DNA of 64,000 nucleotides from an uncultured cyanobacterium (GTDB lineage Bacteria; Cyanobacteriota; Cyanobacteriia; Pseudanabaenales; Pseudanabaenaceae). Within the stretch, counting starts at the first letter, position 1. Every line of letters starts with the position of its first letter. Shown in pieces: positions 39,877 through 50,548 of the stretch. Location: contig OY969811.1 in the NCBI GenBank assembly GCA_963703315.1, forward strand, positions 192,001 through 256,000. Direction: 5' to 3'. The notes under the pieces are model-generated. The model was not told the origin of the DNA. It saw only the letters and a list, made by a program, of their open reading frames with translations, and did no database searches. Position numbers and translations under genes: made by a program.

Positions 39877-40539
39877 TTGATGAGTTATAGCCTATCTTGG
39901 TCAAACAGCATCGGCGGGTGTACGCCCTCCAACTCCGTGTCCGTTGATAAGCTCCCCATCGTCGAATTGGTGCAACTGTGCCAACAAGAAGCGCAAACTA
40001 GTAGGTCTGCGTTTGCAGAACTTATGCGACGTAATCAATCTTATGTCGATCAAGTTTTGTACAAACTGGCTCCCGACTGGCAAGATCGCGCCGACCTTGC
40101 TCAAGAAGTCTGGTTGCGCGTTTACCGTAATATCAAGCGATTGCAAGAACCTGAAAAGTTTCGTGGTTGGCTCAGCCGCATTGCTACGAACTTGTTTTAC
40201 GACGAATTGCGTAAACGTAAACGGGTTGGGAATTCTGTTTCTCTTGATGCACCATTTATGTCTGGTGATGGTGATGAGATGACTTGGGACTTACCTAGCG
40301 CTGCCCCTAGTCCGATCGACAATATGTCTACGCAAGAGTTTTATGAACAACTTCGCAGAGCCATTCAAGATTTACCTTCTAGTTTTCGTGAAACCATTGT
40401 GTTACGAGAAATTCAAGGTTTGTCCTACGAAGAAATTTCTGAATTAACAGGTGTATCGCTTGGTACAGTAAAATCACGTATAGCTAGAGCAAGATTGAAA
40501 CTACAAGCGCAATTACAACCCTATTTGTCCAATATGTAA
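39877..40539 (+). CDS. sigG: ECF sigma factor SigG
   Basis: LAPDWQDRADLAQEVW.RV; WLSRIATNLFYDELRKRKR; GTVKSRIARAR. Confidence 0.92.
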   Translation: MMSYSLSWSNSIGGCTPSNSVSVDKLPIVELVQLCQQEAQTSRSAFAELMRRNQSYVDQVLYKLAPDWQDRADLAQEVWLRVYRNIKRLQEPEKFRGWLSRIATNLFYDELRKRKRVGNSVSLDAPFMSGDGDEMTWDLPSAAPSPIDNMSTQEFYEQLRRAIQDLPSSFRETIVLREIQGLSYEEISELTGVSLGTVKSRIARARLKLQAQLQPYLSNM

Positions 40540-40558
40540 CGAGGGGTGTATATAAATT

Positions 40559-41047
40559 ATGAGTGGTAACCAAATTTTTAACAGTTCTATGATTATTCCA
40601 GAGGAGCGCTTTGAGTTACTCAGTGCGTATATAGATGGCGAAGTAACTGAAGCTGAAGAGCAGCTTGTCGAACAATGGTTGTCCGATGATGCTGATTTTC
40701 GTCGCCTCTATCAACAACAACTAAAACTACGTCAATTACTGATTGATTTACCAGTCCCTGTCGCAGCCCATTCATCCGTAAAAGCAGAAACAGATGTGAT
40801 GATTAGCCGCGTCTTTGCGGAGATTGATAAGCGATCGCAGCAAAGAAAACGCAAACTAGCAGGCATTGGCATATCCGTGGCGGCAATAGTTGGCATAGTT
40901 GGTTCAATGTTTACTTTTAATTCAAATCCGCAATTTAGCCCCGTTGCGAACAGCATTAAACCTGCTGCTCCTGTGGCAGAAGAGCCAATTTTAATCGCGA
41001 TGGAGGAGCCACTTGTACCGCATCCTAAATCAATGAGTACTAAATAA
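40559..41047 (+). CDS. Anti-sigma factor for SigG
   Basis: RFELLSAYIDGEVT plus a TM segment; directly downstream of sigG. Confidence 0.88.
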   Translation: MSGNQIFNSSMIIPEERFELLSAYIDGEVTEAEEQLVEQWLSDDADFRRLYQQQLKLRQLLIDLPVPVAAHSSVKAETDVMISRVFAEIDKRSQQRKRKLAGIGISVAAIVGIVGSMFTFNSNPQFSPVANSIKPAAPVAEEPILIAMEEPLVPHPKSMSTK

Positions 41048-41167
41048 ATCCTTAAAAAAAGCGTGCAAAGCACGCTTTTTTGATCTTTTTTGATCTTTTT
41101 AGGACGGTTTTCCGTCTAAATATAAACAGTAAAATCCTTAAAAATTTTTTGTAGAATCTAGATATTA

Positions 41168-42418
41168 TTGGTCGCGGAAATAGCTATGAGAGACTCAAAC
41201 AAAAAATCTCGTTACAAGCAACCCTTGATTTATGCCTCAATGCTGCTATTAGGTGTCATTTTAGGAGCTTGGGCAGTTGTGTCTGGAGTGCGATCGCCAA
41301 ATACAACCGTAGTTACACCTTTGCCACAGATTGCATCTGCATCGCCCGTATTAGCACAGGATGTTGATCGCAATAAATCAATTGCCGTTCCTCGTAACTA
41401 CGTTGTCGATGCCGTTAATCGCACGGGACCCGCCGTAGTCAGAATTAACGCCTCACGTACTGTTGCCAGTAATCAGCAAATTCCTCAGGAATTTTTAGAA
41501 GATCCGATGTTTCGTCAGTTTTTTGGCGATCAATTGAGACGGATGCCCAAAGAGCGTGTTGAGCGTGGCACTGGCTCAGGATTCATTATCAATAAAGAAG
41601 GTGACATTATTACCAATGCTCACGTTGTTAGTGGTGCTGATAAGGTGACCGTAATTCTTAAAGATGGTCGCCAAATTGAAGGCAAAGTAATTGGTAGTGA
41701 TGAATTAACAGATATTGCTGTTGTCCAAGTTAAATCTGATAACTTGCCGATTGTCAGTATTGGTAGTTCCCAAAACCTCCAACCAGGAGACTGGGCGATC
41801 GCGATCGGCAATCCTCTCGGTTTAGACAATACGGTTACGGCTGGCATTATCAGTGCGATCGGTCGTAAAAGTGGTCAAATTGGTGTGGATAAACGAGTTA
41901 GCTTTATTCAAACCGATGCTGCCATCAATCCCGGAAATTCTGGTGGTCCTTTGCTAAACCAAAATGGTGAAGTAATTGGTGTAAATACGGCAATTATTCA
42001 AGGCGCTCAAGGTTTAGGATTCTCAATCCCGATCGAAACCGCGCAGCGTATTTCTAAGCAACTAATCCAAAATGGTAAGGTTAGCCGTGCCTACTTAGGT
42101 ATTCAGATGGTGACCGTTGATCCAACCGTAAAGCGGCAGGTCAATCAAGACTCTGAGTTTGGAATTAAAATCTCTGAGGACAAAGGTGTACTGATTACCA
42201 GAGTTGTTGATGACTCTCCTGCGGCAAAGGCTGGTGCTAAGCGTGGTGACGTAATCGTTAAATTTGACGATAAAGAAATACTGACTGCGGATCAAGTTAC
42301 TCAACTAGTAGAAGATCGGACAGTCGGTGAAAAAATCCGTGTCGAAGTCAAGCGTAACGGTCAATCAGTTGCCTTAAATGTCGAAACTTCTCAGTTCCCC
42401 CAAAAATTCCCTAACTAA
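41168..42418 (+). CDS. HtrA/Deg protease HhoA/HhoB-like (likely ATG at 41186)
   Basis: TNAHVV, DAAINPGNSGGPL, PDZ domain. Confidence 0.95.
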   Translation: MVAEIAMRDSNKKSRYKQPLIYASMLLLGVILGAWAVVSGVRSPNTTVVTPLPQIASASPVLAQDVDRNKSIAVPRNYVVDAVNRTGPAVVRINASRTVASNQQIPQEFLEDPMFRQFFGDQLRRMPKERVERGTGSGFIINKEGDIITNAHVVSGADKVTVILKDGRQIEGKVIGSDELTDIAVVQVKSDNLPIVSIGSSQNLQPGDWAIAIGNPLGLDNTVTAGIISAIGRKSGQIGVDKRVSFIQTDAAINPGNSGGPLLNQNGEVIGVNTAIIQGAQGLGFSIPIETAQRISKQLIQNGKVSRAYLGIQMVTVDPTVKRQVNQDSEFGIKISEDKGVLITRVVDDSPAAKAGAKRGDVIVKFDDKEILTADQVTQLVEDRTVGEKIRVEVKRNGQSVALNVETSQFPQKFPN

Positions 42419-42468
42419 ATCTCTGTAGCAAAAGAGGGCGCAACGCGCCCTCTTTTGTTTATAAATCT

Positions 42469-43236
42469 ATGAGCAAATTCATTGGTTGGCTTGGTGCGTT
42501 GTTGCTAATTTTTTTAGCAGGGTTTGGACTGACTCAATGGTTAAATTTACCTTTTGGCAACTTTATTGATTGGGTAATTGGGGCAAGTATTTTTGTATGG
42601 CTCATCATCATTGTTACCGTCCCTTGGAATCTTTACTTTCAGTCCAAGTCTGTACTTAATCAAGCTGTAGTATCTCAAGAGCGCGGCATCATTGTTAATG
42701 AGCAGCAGTTACCTTATGTCCGATCGCTGCAAACAAGATCGCTCGCTTTAGCACTTGGTTTGCATTTGATTTCGGCGATCGCCCTTTACGTTTTAGCTTC
42801 GAGTGGAGTCGGAACTATCGGATATGTGGGGGCGATCGCCGCACTATTGCTAACGATTTTGCGCCCCGCAATTAGTGCCTACGCCTATATATCCCAGCGT
42901 TTGATAGCAATTTCGCAGCAGATTGATTATCCCCGCGAAGATATCACCGAATTGCGTCAACGTTTTGCCAATTTAGAAGAATCAGTACGACAACTTAACC
43001 AGCAACTCAGTAATGACAATCCCTATTCATGGGTATCAAAATATGAACAGTTTGCTGATGAGACGCGCAAAGATGTGTCTCGGATAGGTGCAAATATAGA
43101 AGATTTAAGAGCGACTAATGAGCGCGAGCATGAACGCTTATTGAAGGAGTCACGACAGGCGATCGCGCAGCTTAGCACTGACAGTCAGTTTTTAGAACAC
43201 GTTCGAGAAATTATTCGTTTTTTTAAGAGTGCTTAA
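42469..43236 (+). CDS. Hypothetical membrane protein with coiled-coil C-terminus
   Basis: About 4 TM segments followed by heptad repeats. Confidence 0.8.
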   Translation: MSKFIGWLGALLLIFLAGFGLTQWLNLPFGNFIDWVIGASIFVWLIIIVTVPWNLYFQSKSVLNQAVVSQERGIIVNEQQLPYVRSLQTRSLALALGLHLISAIALYVLASSGVGTIGYVGAIAALLLTILRPAISAYAYISQRLIAISQQIDYPREDITELRQRFANLEESVRQLNQQLSNDNPYSWVSKYEQFADETRKDVSRIGANIEDLRATNEREHERLLKESRQAIAQLSTDSQFLEHVREIIRFFKSA

Positions 43237-43296
43237 TCCAACATAATCACTGAAGGCATCTTTTCTTTTGAGCAGTACAAACTAAATAGATGCCGA

Positions 43297-43833
43297 TCAA
43301 GAAGCTCTGACGTTTTTGATTAGCCAATTAAATTTAGCTTCGGCTAATTCTAGACTGCTGATCATTGATTGTCCAAATTCTCCGAAATGCAATCCCAAAT
43401 CATTGGCATCATGACCATATCCTAGACGGCTGACAGTGCCACGGAGGCGATCGGACAGACAAAGACAAATAGCCCGATAAAATCTTGAGGAAAAATTAAC
43501 GTCCTGCTGGAGCTTTGCTAAGAGTTGAATTCTAGGGATCGAGAGGACCACACATTCTTCTTGCGATCGCACACTAGCAAGGGGCGGACGAGTATCAATA
43601 AAAGATACTTCGCCAACAATTTCGCCGACCGATATTTTCGCAAGTTCCTTATGGTCTTGGGACTCAATCGCAACACTGAATGAACCACTGACAACGATAT
43701 AAAGAGCATCACTAAGTTGTCCTTCGCGAATTAATACCCGATCAGGCGGGATGATTTCCCTTTTACCTTTCTGGACAAACCAGTCAAGGTCACTATTATT
43801 AAGTTCACTAAAGAAAAGTAAAATGTTTTTCAC
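43297..43833 (-). CDS. Cyclic nucleotide-binding domain protein
   Basis: LIREG...LYIVVSG...GEIVGEVSFID.RP..ASV. Confidence 0.9.
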   Translation of the reverse strand: MKNILLFFSELNNSDLDWFVQKGKREIIPPDRVLIREGQLSDALYIVVSGSFSVAIESQDHKELAKISVGEIVGEVSFIDTRPPLASVRSQEECVVLSIPRIQLLAKLQQDVNFSSRFYRAICLCLSDRLRGTVSRLGYGHDANDLGLHFGEFGQSMISSLELAEAKFNWLIKNVRAS

Positions 43834-43992
43834 ATTTAACCTCTGTAATTGGATGAAATGTAGGAAGTCATATTCTTGCAGATTATTTTATGAAAATATC
43901 AATGCCAATTAAAAAATTTAAGAAGTTATGATTTTTGGTCTGATTTGATTAAAAGTGTTGTAAATGAACACTTTTAATCAAAACTCTACTTA

Positions 43993-44088
43993 TATAGCAA
44001 AGTAAGTTTTGCTTAGGACATAAAACCAGAAGATGAGTGGCGGCGCGAAGCGCCGCCACTCGCTTCTTGGGGTTTATTTTGTACAACT
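43993..44088. mobile_element. MITE-like family A2 (one end degraded, abuts the pgi stop)
   Basis: TATAGCAAAG...CTTAGGACATAAAACCAGAAG with a GCGGCGC hairpin; inverted relative to 52785. Confidence 0.7.
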
Positions 44089-45676
44089 ATTTAATCAACA
44101 TCAGTTTTAGGGTTATCGGTTTAGATAAATCGCCCTCTAGCAAAATTTTGCAATTGGCATGAAGATGACGTGCAATATGGTACAGAGACTCAATCTCATC
44201 AATGCCATCAATTTTGCTAGCGATTTCTGCTAGCGAAAGAGAGACAGTTGATGATTTTAGAACGTCAACCAGTTTCGTTTGCAGAGCTAATACCTTGGCT
44301 CCAGCTTTTTTACCTGCCTCGACTCCTGGTTGGTGGTAAGCATTGATATTGACTAGTGAGGCATAAAAACTGACAGCACGTTCATAGAGGGCAATTAATG
44401 CACCAACGGTGAGTTCCGAAACAAATGGGATCGTTACCGTGATCGAGTCTCTACCATTTTCGTACAAAGCGCTACGAGTACCTTGCAGAAAACCTAATAG
44501 ATAATCGCCTGTGACCACACCCTCTTCTACTTCAGGATGAGGCTTTGCAGAATCTTGGAGAACTTCGATAAAAGTAGCAAAAAAGTTAGGGACACCTTCG
44601 CGAAGTTGCTGCACATAAGCGTGTTGATCCGTTGAACCTTTATTGCCATATACCGCAATCCCTTGATAGACAACATTGCCATCAAGATCTTTCTCTTTGC
44701 CTAAAGATTCCATTACCAGTTGTTGGAGATAACGACTAAATAATAAGAGCCGATCTTTGTAGGGCAGAACTACCATATCTTTTTCGCCTTTACCATTACC
44801 CGCAAAGTACCATGACATTGCTAGTAGGGCGGCTGGATTTTGACGAATATTTTCGTTACGGGTAGCTGCATCCATCACCCGCGCACCTCTCAAAAATTCG
44901 CGGATGTCAATGCCTTGCAACGCCGCAGGTAATAGCCCAACGGCGGATAACTCTGAGGTGCGACCACCAATCCAGTCATACATCGGAAAAGTATCCAGCC
45001 AGCCATTGCCGATCGCATATTTTTCTAAGGTACTACCGACACCTGTAATCGCGATCGCCTGTTTGGCAAAGTCTAACCCTGCTTCCGCAAAGGCAAACTC
45101 AACTTCTTTCATGCCATTAGCAGCTTCAGGAGTGCCGCCAGATTTGGAAATTATCAATACTAAGGTGGTGCTGAGGCGATCGCCTAACAGGTCAAGCACC
45201 AAGTCAATGCCATCGGGATCAGAATTATCAATAAAACTAATCTTGAGTGGTACATCTGCTTTGGCAAAACACTGAGCTACAAATTGAGGTCCTAGCGCTG
45301 AGCCACCGATGCCAATCGATAAAATATCGGTAAATTTTGATCCCGTAGGAGGATGAATAATCCCCTTGTGAATTTTTTGAGTAAAGTCTTCAATGCGATC
45401 AAGGGTCTCCGTAATATCTTGACGCAATTCTTCGGTAGGGGCGATTTCAGGCGATCGCAACCAGTAATGTCCCACCATGCGTTGTTCATCAGGATTGGCG
45501 ATCGCCCCAGACTCCAAAGCTTTCATATCGGCAAAAGCTTTAACAAACTTAGGCTCTATCTGTGTTACAAAGTCTGGCGTGAACCTAATCCGACTGATAT
45601 CCACGTATATACCTAGCTCTGAATGGTAGTACAGCCAGTCTTGATAACGTTGCCATAGTTCCACAGCCGAACTCAT
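44087..45676 (-). CDS. pgi: Glucose-6-phosphate isomerase
   Basis: [36 protein letters not shown]. Confidence 0.98.
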   Translation of the reverse strand: MSSAVELWQRYQDWLYYHSELGIYVDISRIRFTPDFVTQIEPKFVKAFADMKALESGAIANPDEQRMVGHYWLRSPEIAPTEELRQDITETLDRIEDFTQKIHKGIIHPPTGSKFTDILSIGIGGSALGPQFVAQCFAKADVPLKISFIDNSDPDGIDLVLDLLGDRLSTTLVLIISKSGGTPEAANGMKEVEFAFAEAGLDFAKQAIAITGVGSTLEKYAIGNGWLDTFPMYDWIGGRTSELSAVGLLPAALQGIDIREFLRGARVMDAATRNENIRQNPAALLAMSWYFAGNGKGEKDMVVLPYKDRLLLFSRYLQQLVMESLGKEKDLDGNVVYQGIAVYGNKGSTDQHAYVQQLREGVPNFFATFIEVLQDSAKPHPEVEEGVVTGDYLLGFLQGTRSALYENGRDSITVTIPFVSELTVGALIALYERAVSFYASLVNINAYHQPGVEAGKKAGAKVLALQTKLVDVLKSSTVSLSLAEIASKIDGIDEIESLYHIARHLHANCKILLEGDLSKPITLKLMLIK

Positions 45677-46011
45677 ACGAACCTCACTTTGCTTTGTGTC
45701 AATAGCTTAAAACAGACGATGCACAATGCCAATCGTAAGTGATAAATAGTAACCTTGTTTGATCCTATTCATACAGAATATAGCGATCACGAGTCCATAA
45801 ATTTGCGAATAACAACGTTTTAAGCTGCAATTACGAAGTAATCGCTAGATATACATTAAGAAGTGCATCAAAAGTTGCTTCATGACACCAGCAAAGTGTT
45901 ATGGTGATCCCATAGCCAAATTAGCTATCTAGCGCAACGGGGTAATTAAAACAATATTGCGCGACTCACAAATTTTTAGCTGATTTGGAACTCAGAAGCG
46001 AGGTCATTTAG

Positions 46012-46587
46012 ATGAAACTTGTAATCCAAGGCAAGAATATTGAAGTAACGGAAGCTATCCGCGAATATGTTGAACAAAAGATTGACAAAGCGGTAAGCCA
46101 TTTCCAAGCATTAACCACAGAGGTAGATGTACATCTATCTGTGGCTCGTAACCCTCGCATTGCTTCCAGTCAATCGGCGGAAGTGACAGTCTACGCGAAT
46201 GGATCGGTAATTCGCGCCGAGGAGAAGAGTGAAAATTTGTATGCAAGTATCGACTTAGTCGCTGACAAGATTTCGCGCAAGTTGCGAAAATTCAAGGAGC
46301 GCAAGAGCGATCGCACCGCAGCAAAAACTAGTGTTGCCGTTGCTGAGCAACCTCCTCTTCCCATTCCTAACGGCAATCGTGTAGTTGAGCTACCAACACA
46401 GGTTGTGCGAAACAAATACTTCACAATGCCTGCGCTGTCTGTCGATGAAGCGCTTGAGCGATTGGAGTTGATTGATCATGATTTTTATGTGTTCCGCAAT
46501 GCTGATACAGGGGAAATCAATGTTGTCTATGAACGCAATCACGGTGGCTATGGTGTAATCCAGCCCCATGATGTCAAAAAAAATTAA
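46012..46587 (+). CDS. lrtA: Long ribosome hibernation factor LrtA/HPF
   Basis: [36 protein letters not shown]. Confidence 0.96.
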   Translation: MKLVIQGKNIEVTEAIREYVEQKIDKAVSHFQALTTEVDVHLSVARNPRIASSQSAEVTVYANGSVIRAEEKSENLYASIDLVADKISRKLRKFKERKSDRTAAKTSVAVAEQPPLPIPNGNRVVELPTQVVRNKYFTMPALSVDEALERLELIDHDFYVFRNADTGEINVVYERNHGGYGVIQPHDVKKN

Positions 46588-46781
46588 TGCAAAAGATGCA
46601 TAGGTAAGAGCAAGTCATGAATTGCCCTTCCTAAGTAGCTAGGAGCAAAAGCTATGGCGCACGCCATAGCTACTTATTCTTCTCAATACCCAAAAAGGGC
46701 AAGATTTCCTTGCCCTTTTTGGGTTTCTATTTGCTAGTCTAGAGATCTAGACCTATAAAATATTCTCATCCCAGAGTAGAC

Positions 46782-47168
46782 ATGACTGTTAAGTACGGCG
46801 AACAAGCGATCGCAGAAGCAACCCTCACTACTTTTCCTAATCCTAGAATTGGTAGAGATTACAACATTCAAATCACCCTTCCTGAATTCACTAGCAAATG
46901 TCCATTTTCAGGCTATCCTGACTTTGCCACAATTCATATCAACTACACACCCAATCAAGTATTGGTAGAGCTTAAGGCGATCAAGTTATATATCAATAGC
47001 TATCGCGATCGCTTTATTTCTCATGAAGAGGCGGTTAATCAAATTCTTGATGATTTTGTGAAGGCAGGTGATCCTCTTAGAATTAATGTCAAAGGTGATT
47101 TTACACCTCGTGGTAATGTGCATACAGTTGTGGAAGTAAATTACATCAAACCTCAAGAAACAATCTAG
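46782..47168 (+). CDS. queF: preQ0 reductase
   Basis: PEFTSKCPFSGYPDF, ELKAIKLY, SHE, PRGN. Confidence 0.95.
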   Translation: MTVKYGEQAIAEATLTTFPNPRIGRDYNIQITLPEFTSKCPFSGYPDFATIHINYTPNQVLVELKAIKLYINSYRDRFISHEEAVNQILDDFVKAGDPLRINVKGDFTPRGNVHTVVEVNYIKPQETI

Positions 47169-47207
47169 ATCCAAATTCGTCACTAATATTCTGATGGCAG
47201 TTGACCT

Positions 47208-47645
47208 ATGAAAATTCGCAAGAAATACCAAACATCAGCTAATGCAGAAATTAATCTGACGGCTTTGTTAGATGTCGTATTTTCGATTTTGGCGTTTTTT
47301 ATCCTGTTGTCAGCCGCACTTACAGTGCCGAGCCGTGTTGGTATTGACCTACCTGTTAGCAGCGATCGCAATAGTAGCGGTAAGCCGCTCTCAGGGGAGT
47401 CTAATCCCAAAGATTTGTTTGTCATCACGCTTGATCCTTCAGGACAAATGTTAAAGGATGGAAAACTGATTCCTCCGCAACAGTTAACCCAAGATATCAA
47501 TAGCTTTTTGGCAAGATCCTCACAAGGTATGGTTGTGTTGAGTGCTGATGATTCAACTGTCTCTTATCAAATAGTAATTAACCGTCTGGCTGAACTCAGG
47601 GGGATTGCGGGTAATCGGGTGGCGATCGCTACATCCAAATCTTAG
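47208..47645 (+). CDS. exbD: ExbD/TolR biopolymer transporter
   Basis: EINLTALLDVVFSILAFFI motif. Confidence 0.85.
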   Translation: MKIRKKYQTSANAEINLTALLDVVFSILAFFILLSAALTVPSRVGIDLPVSSDRNSSGKPLSGESNPKDLFVITLDPSGQMLKDGKLIPPQQLTQDINSFLARSSQGMVVLSADDSTVSYQIVINRLAELRGIAGNRVAIATSKS

Positions 47646-47648
47646 AAA

Positions 47649-47737
47649 TAGAGATCAGTCTATTGAAGTGCGGGTTTGTTTCCCCACCTTCGGCGGGGAA
47701 ACAAACTTCTATACCTTGCTTGATTGAAAAGCGCTAT
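47649..47737. mobile_element. MITE-like family B, copy 2 (degenerate)
   Basis: GAAGTGCGGGTTTGTTTCCCC...GGGGAAACAAAC...GCGCTAT matches the 19122 copy. Confidence 0.75.
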
Positions 47738-47820
47738 GTCTAAATTAAGTCTGCAATTTGTGTTCAGCTATTTAAAATTCACTATAATCGAAGCAGTTAA
47801 GTCTATCTACTTACAAAAAA

Positions 47821-48978
47821 ATGTTGCCTACTGAACCAAAGAGCTACCTACCTGTAATTCCTATAGACAAACTTAAGTTAAGTTCTTCATATAAAGCTAT
47901 GTTGAATAAGAATACGATTCGTCAATTTGCCAGTAAAACAGGTGGTTTGATCATGAAGCACCCATTTGCGGTGCTAGTGATTGGTTCTTTAGGAATTCAT
48001 GCTGCCTTTGTGCTACTTACTCCCAATCCCCTCAAAACCACTGAGCAACCTCCTGAAATTGTTGTTTCCACACTGCCTGTAGTCAAGCTGCCTCCCCAAC
48101 CATCGACTCTAAACATAAAAACAAATAAATCCGTCTTAGATAATTTATTTGTCAAACCGACAACAAATAGCCTAAACAAGCCTGCCAGTAAATTACCTAT
48201 TTCTAATGCACCACTAAGTTTTTCAAGCTCCTTTGATTACAGCAATCTTGAAACTTTAGAAGATTTTCCACCCGCCTCGACCGACTTTTCTTTTCCGCTA
48301 CAAAATAATTCTCGATTTGATGAAACCCCAACTGAGCAGCGACCAACTCCTGCACCTGTATCTAAAACTCCACCGCCATCTAACAAGATTAACAAACCCA
48401 ATCCTGTAAAGACGGCAACTAATACAACTAATACCAGTGATCTAAAACCTGAGTTTCAAAATAATGGATTAAAGGACAATGTAACTACAACGCCACCTGC
48501 GGCAACCAAAGATGCCAAAGACACGAAAAATTCTAAGGATTCTTCAAATGGTAAAGGTGTTGTCATAGGAGCTTCTAATGGTTCTGAAACTGCTCAAAAT
48601 GAGAAGGAAGTTAAGGATCTTAAATACATTTTCACAACAGACAAGAAAATTGCTGATTTATACTCCAAGAATTTAATCAAAGATACCCAAATTGCGCCCC
48701 CCAGCGTTATCATCTCCAATCCTTTGGAAAGGCTAGAAAAAGGCGTGGAATGGATTCCGCCTAAAGTCACTAATATTGCTGGTAAGAAAGGCACTGTCAC
48801 CTATCTATTGCTGGTTAATCCTGTTGGTAAAGTTGAGACAAGATTTTTGCAGTCAAGCGGTGATAAGGAACTAGATAATCTAGTTAGAGAGGCAGTTGAG
48901 AAATATTCCTTTAAACCGATTGAAGATCCTCAAAGCGGCAGGTATCGACTTGTGAAAGCTGAATATAAATTCTCGTAG
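47821..48978 (+). CDS. TonB-like energy transducer (start uncertain)
   Basis: SLGIH TM motif; Pro-rich linker; C-terminal G.V.....V...G.V....SSG...LD. Confidence 0.75.
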   Translation: MLPTEPKSYLPVIPIDKLKLSSSYKAMLNKNTIRQFASKTGGLIMKHPFAVLVIGSLGIHAAFVLLTPNPLKTTEQPPEIVVSTLPVVKLPPQPSTLNIKTNKSVLDNLFVKPTTNSLNKPASKLPISNAPLSFSSSFDYSNLETLEDFPPASTDFSFPLQNNSRFDETPTEQRPTPAPVSKTPPPSNKINKPNPVKTATNTTNTSDLKPEFQNNGLKDNVTTTPPAATKDAKDTKNSKDSSNGKGVVIGASNGSETAQNEKEVKDLKYIFTTDKKIADLYSKNLIKDTQIAPPSVIISNPLERLEKGVEWIPPKVTNIAGKKGTVTYLLLVNPVGKVETRFLQSSGDKELDNLVREAVEKYSFKPIEDPQSGRYRLVKAEYKFS

Positions 48979-49055
48979 AACAGACTGAAATTGCTGCTTT
49001 GCAGCAATTTCAGTCTATCCATAAGAGAATGGCAGCGCAAAGCGCCGCCATTCTC

Positions 49056-50117
49056 TTATGGATAGACAATCGGGAAGTCTTGAGTATACTTGCCATCACA
49101 GGCATATTTAGCGCGATATTCTTGTAAAACCATGCGATCGCCTTCTAATTTATATAGTGCCGATGAGCCGCAATCGCCTAGCCCCCTGAACTTAGTGAAG
49201 TTCGTGAGAGTCTGCGATCGCACATTAAATCTAGGTAGACCAGCGATCGAGCTGTCCGTAATTCGTTTTGGCTTTTCTCCTTCCTTTGGCTCTTGAAAAC
49301 TATCAAAGTCGAGATTTACCACACGGGGTTTCGGAGCTTCATCAATCCAAAGTGCATATTCAAATGCACCTTGATAAGCCGCCAGAAAACATTGAATCTG
49401 CACTAAATATTTCTTGTCAGTAATCTGAAAAGCTTTGGAACCCATACCTGATGTGGTAGGACGGAAATTATCTTTACAAATGCCTAAGCTCTCACGATTT
49501 TGCAGAACATATTGCAAGGGATCGGTGCTGGAGTTACTGGTAGTTGGATTAGATTTATTGGAACGGGTCAGATAGCGCAATAACTGCTCTTTGCTTAAGT
49601 TGCCGTTGGGAAATGCGACTCGTAAGACAGGCTCAGGATTTTGAGTAGTAGGGGCTTCGAGGGTATATACATAACCATCGTTCTTAAATTCGATTTCGCC
49701 ATTCTTCTGAGGATTATAGTCTTTTGCTTCGAGATCTAAGCCACCACTACCATCTTTGTTTCGGCTGACATAATAACGAGGGCGATTGGGTTCTTGATCA
49801 TCAGCACAGATATAAACTCGATAATTAGAAGTCTCACCGTAGGCATAAATCACTTTTGTTTTGCCACAGATAATATCGCCTTCAAGTTCTTTGGTATCTC
49901 CTATGGCGATCGCCTTGACTGAAGTATTGGAGGAGTCAGGCTTAGGTGATGGTGATTGAGTCTCTACAGGAGATGTGGTCGTTGTTGTCTTAGAGGTTGT
50001 AGTTGTAGTAACTAATTTATTGGGTGACGCTAAAGGTTGTGAAGCGTCTTGATTGGCACAGCCAAGTAGGGTGAGGCTTACCATCACAGACATTAAGCTA
50101 AGTCTAGTTTGCAACAT
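49056..50117 (-). CDS. Lipoprotein with C-terminal DUF1176-like domain
   Basis: Lipobox LLGC; C..AAYQG; K.RGLGDCG. Confidence 0.8.
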   Translation of the reverse strand: MLQTRLSLMSVMVSLTLLGCANQDASQPLASPNKLVTTTTTSKTTTTTSPVETQSPSPKPDSSNTSVKAIAIGDTKELEGDIICGKTKVIYAYGETSNYRVYICADDQEPNRPRYYVSRNKDGSGGLDLEAKDYNPQKNGEIEFKNDGYVYTLEAPTTQNPEPVLRVAFPNGNLSKEQLLRYLTRSNKSNPTTSNSSTDPLQYVLQNRESLGICKDNFRPTTSGMGSKAFQITDKKYLVQIQCFLAAYQGAFEYALWIDEAPKPRVVNLDFDSFQEPKEGEKPKRITDSSIAGLPRFNVRSQTLTNFTKFRGLGDCGSSALYKLEGDRMVLQEYRAKYACDGKYTQDFPIVYP

Positions 50118-50433
50118 GAGTTCTGCTCCTTATACCTAATATTTAATAACTCAGTCAGTCCTTAATTTTGCTGCAAATAAAAACCGCTATAAGTAACTAA
50201 ATAATCAGGCAAATCTTTTCTTTGGTGACTATTGACATTGACCTTAGAAATAAGTTCCTAAGATATGCATTAATTGACGATTAAACCAGATATATCAAGG
50301 ATTTCAAGCAGTCCATAATAATATAAAAATTACGCTATATCCTAAGATTAACATGACTATACTTTTTACTTGCTTAAGCTAAGATTGTTTTTAGATCATA
50401 GGTTTCTATAATACTTTTTCTATTCTTTAGATT

Positions 50434-50548
50434 TATAGCTGTAGTCAGTTATGTTAGGACAAAACCAAAACCCAAAAGAGAGTTGCGGTGCAAAGCACCG
50501 CAACTCTCTTTTGGGTTTTATGTTTTAACTTGCTTGGCTGTGGCTATA
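50434..50548. mobile_element. MITE-like family A, copy 3 (overlaps the 3' end of the cruP-like gene)
   Basis: Near-identical to 18187..18301; contains the stop codon at 50518-50520. Confidence 0.85.

Noticed and set aside
41091..41116. ECF promoter directly upstream of hhoA
   Set aside because: CGTC is present, but the -35 position reads TGATC rather than GGAAC
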